Assembly: GCA_965262505.1 (NCBI GenBank)
Contig: CBDHFM010000018.1
Location: 1,173-65,172, forward strand
Origin: Vicinamibacterales bacterium
GTDB taxonomy: Bacteria; Acidobacteriota; Vicinamibacteria; Vicinamibacterales; UBA2999
DNA: 64,000 nucleotides
Reading direction: 5' to 3'
The notes beneath the pieces are model-generated. The model saw nothing but the letters and a program-made list of their open reading frames with translations. It made no database searches and was not told where the DNA came from. Made by a program: the position numbers and the translations under genes. This document shows positions 9,811 through 17,610 of this stretch, one piece after another (the stretch's first letter is position 1; each line of letters opens with the position of its first letter).

Positions 9811-10083
9811 GCCCCACCACGGCCAGGGCCGCCCAGGCCCAGGTCGAACCCGTCACCCACGGCCGAGCGCCCACGCCACCGGCCGCTCCCCCCTTCCTCA
9901 CGGCCGAGCCCTCCGGCGAACGGTCGCACGAGTGCCCCACCACGGCCAGGGCCGCCCCGGCCCAGGTCGAACCCGTCACCCACGGCCGAGCGCCCACGCC
10001 ACCGGCCGCTCCCCCCTTCCTCACGGCCGAGCCCTCCGGCGAACGGCCGCACGAGCGCCCTACCACGGCCAGGACCGCCCGGC
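9811..10083. repeat. 123-bp tandem repeat (x2.2) built of ~41-bp subunits
   Basis: Units start at 9811, 9934 and 10057. CACGGCC cores at 9818, 9858, 9899, 9941, 9981, 10022 and 10064. Confidence 0.9.
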
Positions 10084-10173
10084 CGCAGACCTCCCCACGC
10101 CCGCGCCCCCAGGTTTCGCCCGTCGCTCGTCCTGTCGTAAACGACCATCAACAATGCGGCTTGCCGCTAGTAC

Positions 10174-10335
10174 TTGTACGTACGTGGTACTTGAGTACGT
10201 ACTTGTTTAATGAAGTTGTGGGTTTTCAGCGAGCCAAAGGCGGTCAAGTTGTGGGTTTTCAGCGAGCCGAAGCGAAATGAAGTTGTGGGTTTTCAGCGTG
10301 GAAAACCACCCTGATTCACGTCCTTCTGTGGAAAA
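10174..10335 (+). promoter_or_regulatory. Iteron origin-like module 2
   Basis: GTAC block 10174-10207; aagttgtgggttttcagcg at 10213, 10246 and 10280; GTGGAAAA boxes at 10298 and 10328. Confidence 0.75.
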
Positions 10336-10930
10336 CGGCCCGGCCGGTAAGAGCCCTCTACTGCCGTGATCGAGCCGTTGTCAAGGCCGGAGTCCCGCGT
10401 TAGCGGGAGCAGAGCGTCAGCGGAGCGCCTTGACTGCGGAGAGTCGCGGCGCAGCTTTTCCCCCCGGCCGGGCCGTGTCAACAATTGTTGTCCGGCACCG
10501 TTTCACCCCTCCCGCGAGTGCGACCGGCGCACCCGCTCCGCCGTCCCGCGCGGCCTCGACCGCCAGCCCTCCCACGTCGGAACCCCAGGAGCTTCCCGCC
10601 GCGACGCTCGACACCATCCGCCACCACGAGTACCACCCATCCGCCCGCCGCTCGACTCCCCCGCCGCCAGAGCAGAAGCACGAACACCACCTCGAGCCTT
10701 GCCGTCTCTACCCGTCGCCTGATACTTTCGCGCCCTCCGAACATCACGGGCCGTGCGGTTCCGCTCATCTTCCCCGCTTGCCGCGCCGGGCCCCTGGTTG
10801 CATCGGCGCACGTGCCGCGTGCCAAGCCGCTTATGCTGGCCTCCGGCCCTTGTCACGGCCCCCGCGTATCCGACGCTGCCCGGTCCCGGCGCGGCTGCGC
10901 TGTCCCTCACGTCAGGGTTTCGCCGGTCCG
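10298..10930 (+). repeat. Long conserved, apparently non-coding module (copy of 38270-38900)
   Basis: Collinear similarity with 38270-38900 and amino-acid changes in all frames inspected. Confidence 0.8.
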
Positions 10931-10982
10931 CTTCGACTTGTGAAAGCGGAACCGGCAACCCTGAACTCAGGAGGAAACAACG

Positions 10983-11252
10983 ATGACCGAAACCACGAAC
11001 AAGCCCGTTGACGAAGTTCGGATCGGCCGCGTCAAAGCGACCATCTGGCGCAACCTCACCGACGATGGCAAGCCCCGGTACAATGTGGTGTTTGCTCGCC
11101 TCTACAAAGACGGCGATACCTGGGCGTCAAGCCCGAGTTTCGGGCGGAATGACCTGCTGGTACTCGCCAAGGTGGCCGACCTCGCGCATACCCGCGTCCT
11201 ACAGCTTCCCCAGGGGTCCAACGGCGAGGACAACGGCACGGCGGCCGAGTAA
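10983..11252 (+). CDS. Small putative ssDNA-binding (PC4-like) protein
   Basis: RIGRVKATIWRN...YNVVFARLYKDGDTW...SFGRNDLLVLAKVADLAH; strong RBS (caggagg). The fold assignment is inference. Confidence 0.6.
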   Translation: MTETTNKPVDEVRIGRVKATIWRNLTDDGKPRYNVVFARLYKDGDTWASSPSFGRNDLLVLAKVADLAHTRVLQLPQGSNGEDNGTAAE

Positions 11253-11267
11253 CCGCCGCGCGGAGAG

Positions 11268-11309
11268 ACGGCGAAGCGGGTTACGCTGCCGCTTCGCCGT
11301 TTTCTTTTG
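11268..11309 (+). terminator. Intrinsic terminator
   Basis: 12-bp stem acggcgaagcgg / ccgcttcgccgt followed by tttcttttg. Confidence 0.8.
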
Positions 11310-11699
11310 TACGGCTTTCTACGATGCCCGTTCCACGATGACGCTCCGATGCCAGCGCCGCCGTTAACGCCGTGCGCCCGCGTGGTGAGCATAGCACGAG
11401 ACGAATACGGTGACGGGTTGCTGCTGGCGTCAGACTGAGACAACAACGGACAGCCACCCGTCTTCTGGAACCCAGTGCGTGTGGCCGTATTCTTCCCGCG
11501 CCAACGGCTCAGGGTCGATGTAGTCACAGGCGTAGTTTTCTCTCGCGTAGTTCTATCTCGCACTGGTTAGACCCACGCGGAAGCCGCTCACGCCAGGGTT
11601 CGGAGGACCTGCCCGCCAGCCGTCGTGCAATTCTGTATCAGCCGGCGTTTTCTCGGCCAGAAAATCATTGATCCATAGGCTTCCTCTATCGGATCGGGT

Positions 11700-11903
11700 T
11701 TAGGGCGCCAGTCTGGCGTCGAGCCGCCGGAGGAACAAGCGGCCGAGCAACATAACTATGTGCAGCCTGAAGGTGGAATCCTCGTCGTCCGACAGGCCCG
11801 GATGCGCGCCCTCGGGGTGAAGCCTCTTGAAAACGCCGTTGACGAGATTCTTGCCCTGGTTGCCCCATTCGTTCAGGGCCACGCTGAGGAATGGCGGTTG
11901 CAA
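11700..11903 (-). pseudogene. Possible C-terminal relic of an abortive-infection-type protein
   Basis: GVFKRLHPEGAHPGLSDDEDSTFRLHIVMLLGRLFL reads like a real protein C-terminus; family recalled only loosely. Confidence 0.3.
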
Positions 11904-11927
11904 GTTCGCCAGCCGGCGACCAAGCGA

Positions 11928-12188
11928 TCATTTCAGTGGGGCAATGCTGCCAGGCGTCTCCAGGCGCTTTGCCAAATCCCAGGCCTCTTTCAGTTCCGCT
12001 TGCCGAAGTAAGGCCCACTCGACCACCAGACCGAACGCTCGCGGCGGAAGCTGCCCGTGCAACACGGTCAAGCTGTCGATTGCCACGACCACTTCCTCTC
12101 CACCATACGCGGCGTGGAAGTGCGGCGGCCCGTGGTCGTCAAAATACATACGGATGACGATTCCGTAGAACCGGCAGAGTTCAGGCAT
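11928..12188 (-). CDS. DUF4160-family protein
   Basis: MPELCRFYGIVIRMYFDDHGPPHFHA. Confidence 0.85.
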   Translation of the reverse strand: MPELCRFYGIVIRMYFDDHGPPHFHAAYGGEEVVVAIDSLTVLHGQLPPRAFGLVVEWALLRQAELKEAWDLAKRLETPGSIAPLK

Positions 12189-12465
12189 TTTTGGCCAGAA
12201 GCTGGGCCCCCGACATCACGTCCGTCACGACCTTGCCGGTGAGCTGCAGGTAGAGCGCGTCCGGGCACAGTTCGCCGTCTTCTCCCCAGGCGACCCCGCC
12301 GGCCGGAGCCAGATGCACCGTCTCGAAGCACGCGCGGTCATGCCAGTTCTTGAAGACGCCACGCCCTGCCAGATGCGCCAGGTCGATTTCCCCCGCCGTA
12401 CCGTCCGAGTACCGAAGCCAGATTTGGTATCCCTCTCGTGGTTCCACTTCAGTTGGCCGAATCAT
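12181..12465 (-). CDS. DUF2442-family protein
   Basis: VEPREGYQIWLRYSDGTAGEIDL...VAWGEDGELCPDALY. Confidence 0.85.
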   Translation of the reverse strand: MIRPTEVEPREGYQIWLRYSDGTAGEIDLAHLAGRGVFKNWHDRACFETVHLAPAGGVAWGEDGELCPDALYLQLTGKVVTDVMSGAQLLAKNA

Positions 12466-12495
12466 CTCCCCTCCTTTATCCGTGCTTCGCCAGAC

Positions 12496-12780
12496 TCATG
12501 ATGATTCAAGCTCCGCGCAGCGACGATCAATGAACCGGCGGATTTCATCGTTCATCTTCGTGCCAGCGACGGTGCAAGCAATCTTGAAGCGCCGATGTTG
12601 CGCCCGTGGCAGGTCGACCGTTAAGCGTGCGTACTCTGGTTTTACAGCTATCTGTAACTCTGTGTTAACAGATAGCTGTTTGTCTGTGTCAACCCCAGCG
12701 CCGCCTCTGACGAACGTGTTGATGTCGTCAGACGTCGGGTGTCTGTTGGGGACTGGCTTCGTCAGAGTTTTCTTGATCAT
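12496..12780 (-). CDS. ParG-like ribbon-helix-helix partition protein
   Basis: C-terminal RLTVDLPRAQHRRFKIAC...MNDEIRRFI; directly follows parA. Confidence 0.75.
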   Translation of the reverse strand: MIKKTLTKPVPNRHPTSDDINTFVRGGAGVDTDKQLSVNTELQIAVKPEYARLTVDLPRAQHRRFKIACTVAGTKMNDEIRRFIDRRCAELESS

Positions 12781-13399
12781 AGAACGCTCCGATTTCTTGC
12801 ATGACTGTTGCAAACTCCTGGCTCGCCGGGCTCTCGGGCGCCCACTCGAAAATCGTCTTTCCCATGGTGAGCGCTTCCGCGATCGCCACGCGGTTGGCGA
12901 CGGCGGCCCGGAGCAACGGAATACCGTGGTCCGCGACATGTTCGCGGATCGAACGGCTCAGCACGGTGTTGATGATGACACGTGAAACCAGAAACACAGC
13001 TTTCAGTGCTTCTTTATATTGCCGCGCATCTTGGACCTGTTGAATGGTGGTCTGGCTGGCCCAATCGGACGCGCCGGACGCCTCGATGGGAATCACGATC
13101 AGGTCCGAGGCGATAATCACCGCGCGGCTCACGGCTTCGGCGCGCGGCGGGCCATCAATCACAACATGGTCATAGTTGACGGCATGGCCCAGGATTTCCT
13201 GCGCCATGTTGCCCCGAGCGAGTGCCATCACGGGAAACGTCATCGCGTCTCGACGCGCCGCCCAATCGTTCGTGGTCCCTTGTGGGTCCGCGTCGATCAA
13301 CAGGGTCTTGGCCCCTTGCCGCTGCAGGTAGTCGGCGGCGTTGGTGGAGAGGGTCGATTTGCCCACCCCGCCTTTTTGGTTAAGGAAGGCAAGAATCAT
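12728..13399 (-). CDS. parA: ParA (type Ib / ParF-like) partition ATPase
   Basis: NQKGGVGKST deviant Walker A, IDADPQG and IDGPP; ATG at 13399. Confidence 0.92.
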   Translation of the reverse strand: MILAFLNQKGGVGKSTLSTNAADYLQRQGAKTLLIDADPQGTTNDWAARRDAMTFPVMALARGNMAQEILGHAVNYDHVVIDGPPRAEAVSRAVIIASDLIVIPIEASGASDWASQTTIQQVQDARQYKEALKAVFLVSRVIINTVLSRSIREHVADHGIPLLRAAVANRVAIAEALTMGKTIFEWAPESPASQEFATVMQEIGAFYDQENSDEASPQQTPDV

Positions 13400-13670
13400 T
13401 GTGCCCGTGTATCTGTGAACACGGTCATCATTGTGACACGTTAACACGTGCGTGGAAGCGCTTTGAACGCTCTGCGCCGGGGCCAGCGGCGCCAAGACCG
13501 GAGCTGTTTCCGGCGCGTCCGCTCTCGGCCTCGCGTTTCGGCCCGCGCCGCCCACAGAGGGAAGCCGTCCGCGTGCTGGGGCCAGCAGGGCCGAGTCGCG
13601 CCCATGAGTAGGGCGCGCCGTGTCGCGGGGGCCGAGCCAGGCGCCACCGGGCAGGGCGTCCCCGCCTCGC

Positions 13671-14171
13671 TCATTCGGATACTTCGCCCTCCTCGATGAG
13701 GGTTTCGAAGCGGTCGTAGTCATTGGTCAAGGCCTGGGCGAGGGCGAAGAGCTTGGTGACGGCGTCTTTCGCGCTGGTAACGCGCACCTCGATCCGATCG
13801 CGGCTGACCGAGACGCCGGCCGGCAGGCTGGCGAGCCGTCCGTGGAGAGCGTCCACGGGGACCGGGACTCGAATCCCGGTGCGTCTGGCCTGGCGGAGTG
13901 CGGTCCACACCCGGTCGCGGCGGGCTTCTTCGTCCCGGAATGGGGCGTGCTTCTGGAGCGTCCGGAGCTGGCGGAGGAGCGTGGTGCGCGAGAGGGTACG
14001 GATGGAGCCGGTCAGCTCGGCCCCGAAGGCCCGCATCAGGGTGGCCGCCCGGGCGCGCGAGACGCCGAAGAGCGCTTCGAGGTCGCGGCGGGTGAGGAGC
14101 GGCCGGTCGAGCGCGACAAGCTGCGCGATGGCGTCTGGGAGGGCGAGGAGCCACCGGGGTCTAGTGGGCAC
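13671..14171 (-). CDS. Hypothetical protein, possible N-terminal HTH
   Basis: LTRRDLEALFGVSRARAATLM. Confidence 0.65.
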   Translation of the reverse strand: MPTRPRWLLALPDAIAQLVALDRPLLTRRDLEALFGVSRARAATLMRAFGAELTGSIRTLSRTTLLRQLRTLQKHAPFRDEEARRDRVWTALRQARRTGIRVPVPVDALHGRLASLPAGVSVSRDRIEVRVTSAKDAVTKLFALAQALTNDYDRFETLIEEGEVSE

Positions 14172-14289
14172 CGTACTGACCTGTCAACCCGTTTCGGGCA
14201 TGGAGGTTAGGAGGATGTTGCGGAGGCATGCCTTAGGTAATATTAGTAGACGGTCGTCTAGAATTCAAGCTGGGCGGGTGCCGTGGGTG

Positions 14290-14317
14290 GCGCTACATAA
14301 AGGACGTTATGTTACGA
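14290..14317. other. dif-like (XerC/D-type) recombination site
   Basis: GCGCTACATAA-AGGACG-TTATGTTACGA: 11-6-11 layout with CATAA/TTATG inner arms. Confidence 0.6.
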
Positions 14318-14449
14318 TATGTGGGCCGTGACGAGGCCACCCGCGCGGATGAGCGCGTCGACGCCGCGCTACGTGCCGCGACCCGATATGAGCGTGGCGC
14401 TCCGGACCCGCATCTGCGCCTTGGCGTGTCGGCACCGCCGGTACGGCGC

Positions 14450-15404
14450 CAGGATGATCTAGATACTCGAGCACGTTGCGCTGCTTGTGGATCTGACACC
14501 GTTGCAGCACGGCGGCGGCACCGAACGTCTGGGCCACGGCCGTGTGGAGGGCCTTCGCGCCATCAAGGATCACAAGCAGGCTGCGATCGGTGCGGAGGCC
14601 GCGGCTCTGCAGGTTGGTCAGCAACCCCTGACACACGGTCGTGTTCTCGGTGGCGCCTTCCCACACGCCCAGGGCGTGTTTTTGGCCGGTGACATCGATG
14701 CCCAGCGCGACGACGATACAGTGGGTCCCCACGTGCACGCCGTCGAGCAGCAGCACGGCGAGGTCGAACTCGGCGAGCGGGGTGGCCCGCCAGGCGTCGA
14801 GTTGCGCCTGCGTCTGGGCCACGAACCGCCGACTCACCGCACTCCTGCTCGTGCCCCGGGTGCGAACGTCCGGGGCCGGCCCAGGGGCTCCAGGCGTCGG
14901 CCATGCTGGCGCGTCGCCACGCCCACGAGCATCTGCTCAACGACGCGCCGGTTCAGCGGGTCGTCCCCGGCGAACGCCCGGAACGTGGGCAACGCGACCT
15001 CCTGGCCGGCGTGCCGGACGCGCGGGCGGCGCAGCGCCACCTTGCGCCCGCCCAGGACGGCCTCACTAGGCGCATGGCCCGCCCGCGAGGCACGCCGCTC
15101 GGGTTGATGCGCATACCGGGGGCCACAGACCGCCACGCGGTCCTCCTCCAACATCGCCTCGAGGACGTTCAGGCCCGACGCGACGACCAACGCCTGCAGC
15201 TCGGTCTGCGTGTCGACCAGGATATCGACCAACGGCAGGTGCCGAAGCGCCGGCGACGATGATTGGCGACGACGGATGACTGTGCGAGACTTCTTCACGG
15301 CGGCTCCTTTCTGGGGGCTTCGGCCCCAGGTTTTTCCCACCGGCCGTATAGCACGACCAGCAGGGAGCCGCCGCTTCAAATTTCAACAGCTACCGGGGCA
15401 TCCC
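14450..15404 (-). mobile_element. Truncated, frameshifted IS256-family element
   Basis: LLDGVHVG...VVALGID...DGAKAL...QRCQIHKQRNV split over two frames; left end near 15404; C-terminus missing. Confidence 0.85.
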
Positions 15405-15448
15405 CGCCGCGGCGATAAGGGTGCCGAGATCATCGGCGAGGTGTAGAA

Positions 15449-17284
15449 GTGAGGAAAATCGACGGCGACGCGAAGAGTATCCGCAACATGCTGGGCGGCT
15501 CCAAGTTCGCCATCGACTACTACCAGCGCGAGTACCGCTGGGAGACCAAGCAGGTCGCCGAGCTAATCAAGGACCTCGCCGAGAAGTTCCTCGAGAGCCA
15601 CGAAGCGGGTAATGAGCGCGGCGCCGTCGCGCAGTACGGGCACTACTTCCTAGGCTCCATCATCATCAGCGACAAGAATGGGCAGAAGTTCATCATCGAC
15701 GGCCAACAGCGCCTGACGTCGACGACTCTGCTGTTGATCCACATCCACCGCCAGCTCGAGAACCAGCAGCAGAAGGCGCAACTCGCCGACCTCATCTTCT
15801 CCCAGAAGTTCGGCACGCGTTCCTTCAACCTCGCCGTCCCTGAGCGCACACCCTGCATGGACGCACTTTTCACCGGGGAACCCTTCGACGACACCGGCCA
15901 GCCGGAGTCGGTGGTGAACATCCTCGCGCGCTTCCAGGACATTGAGGAAGACTTTCCCGACGAACTGGCGGGCGAGGCCCTGCCGTACTTCGCGGACTGG
16001 CTGATCGAGAACGTCCACTTCATCGAGATCACGGCCTATTCGGATGCGGATGCCTACACGATCTTCGAGACGATGAACGACCGGGGCCTGTCCCTGACCC
16101 CAACCGACATGCTGAAGGGCTACCTGCTCAATAACATCACCGACGTCGATCGCCGCAACGAGGCCAGCCGCGTGTGGCGAGACCGCGTGGCGAGGCTCCA
16201 ACAACTAGGGAAGGAGGAGGACGCCGATACCGTCAAGGCCTGGCTTCGCAGCCAGCACGCCCAGACCATCCGCGAGCGCAAGCGCGGCGCTCAGCCACGC
16301 GACTTCGACCTCATCGGCACCGAGTTCCACCGCTGGGTGCGCGACCACGAGAAGCCCCTTGGCCTCACCGCGAGCCCAGCCTTCGGGCGCTTCATCCAGG
16401 AAGACTTCGACTTCTACAGCCGCTGGTACGAGCGCATCTGGCAGGCGGCCGAGACCCTCACCCCCAGGCTCGAGGCCATCCACTACAACGCCCAGAACAA
16501 GTTCACGCTCCAGTACCCCGTGCTCCTCGCGCCGCTCCGGCGAGCCGATAGCGACGACCAGATCCATCGCAAGCTGCGGATCGTCGCCGGCTACCTTGAC
16601 ATCCTGATCGCCCGACGGATCTGGAACTGGAAGGCTACTAACTACTCCACCTTGCAGTACGCCATGTTCCAGCTGGTCATCCTGGCAATCCGCGGCAAGT
16701 CTGTTCCCGAGCTGGCCGACATCCTCATCAAGCGTCTCGACGCCGAGGATCACTCCTTCGCCAGCAATGAACGCTTCCACCTGCACGGGATGAACGGCCG
16801 ACAGATCCACCGCCTGTTAGCCCGCATAACGGACTACGTCGAGGCAAGTTCCGGCCAAGCGTCCCGCTATGCCGAGTACATCCAGCGACGCGGCAAGAAT
16901 GGCTACGAGGTTGAGCACATCTGGGCGAACCACCCCGAGCGTCACACCGATGAGTTCGCACACCCCAGCGACTTCGCCGAGTACCGTAACCGCGTCGGCG
17001 GGCTCCTGCTCCTGCCCAAGAGTTTCAACGCCAGCTACGGTGACACACCCTACGCCGAGAAGCGCGAGCACTACTTCGGCCAGAACCTGCTCGCCCAGAG
17101 CCTCCACGAGACCGCCTATGACCACAACCCGGGCTTCCGCAAGTTCCGCGAGGAGTCGGGCCTGCGCTTCCAGTCGCACGCCGAATTCAAGAAGGCGGAC
17201 CTCGACGCGCGGCAGGAGTTGTATCGCGAGATCGCCGAGCAGATCTGGAGCCCGGACACGCTTCGGCGGGAGGTGGATGCATGA
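15449..17284 (+). CDS. GmrSD-type (DUF262 + DUF1524 HNH) nuclease
   Basis: IDYYQREYRW, DGQQRLT, FETMNDRGLSL, EHIW and GGLLLLPKSFNASYG. Confidence 0.88.
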   Translation: MRKIDGDAKSIRNMLGGSKFAIDYYQREYRWETKQVAELIKDLAEKFLESHEAGNERGAVAQYGHYFLGSIIISDKNGQKFIIDGQQRLTSTTLLLIHIHRQLENQQQKAQLADLIFSQKFGTRSFNLAVPERTPCMDALFTGEPFDDTGQPESVVNILARFQDIEEDFPDELAGEALPYFADWLIENVHFIEITAYSDADAYTIFETMNDRGLSLTPTDMLKGYLLNNITDVDRRNEASRVWRDRVARLQQLGKEEDADTVKAWLRSQHAQTIRERKRGAQPRDFDLIGTEFHRWVRDHEKPLGLTASPAFGRFIQEDFDFYSRWYERIWQAAETLTPRLEAIHYNAQNKFTLQYPVLLAPLRRADSDDQIHRKLRIVAGYLDILIARRIWNWKATNYSTLQYAMFQLVILAIRGKSVPELADILIKRLDAEDHSFASNERFHLHGMNGRQIHRLLARITDYVEASSGQASRYAEYIQRRGKNGYEVEHIWANHPERHTDEFAHPSDFAEYRNRVGGLLLLPKSFNASYGDTPYAEKREHYFGQNLLAQSLHETAYDHNPGFRKFREESGLRFQSHAEFKKADLDARQELYREIAEQIWSPDTLRREVDA

Positions 17285-17364
17285 TCCTCACAATATGGTG
17301 CTCCTGCCGTCCCGTTGGAAAGTGACCGCGCCGCCGGGCGGGCGCGCTCGGCTAAACTCTCGTC

Positions 17365-17608
17365 ATGAACGTTTTTCAGTCGCTCAAGAATGACCGTGTG
17401 ACGCTCGTCAAAAAGAACGGGCACCGGTTCGAGAATCTGTCCGCGTCAGTTTAAACCGGTCTGATCTTGACGGACAACCCGAAAATCCCGATTGAGGATG
17501 GCGACCAGTTTGAGCGACAACTGCCGAGCGGAACTATCAACTTGAACCTGTTCAGCCCAGAAAACTGCTTAGACAACGGGGTCTACCTCACCTCCCTGTT
17601 TGGCTGAA
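17365..17608 (+). pseudogene. Gene relic with an in-frame stop
   Basis: MNVFQSLKNDRVTLVKKNGHRFENLSASV*TGLILTDNPKIPIEDGDQFER; TAA at 17452. Confidence 0.45.
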
Positions 17609-17610
17609 CG

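Noticed and set aside
9811-10083. CACGGCC array as a CRISPR
   Set aside because: The cores are only 7-10 bp and the intervening sequences repeat.
10430-11011. ORFs in the duplicated module (also 38401-38967)
   Set aside because: Differences between the two copies are non-synonymous in every frame inspected, so these are not credible proteins.
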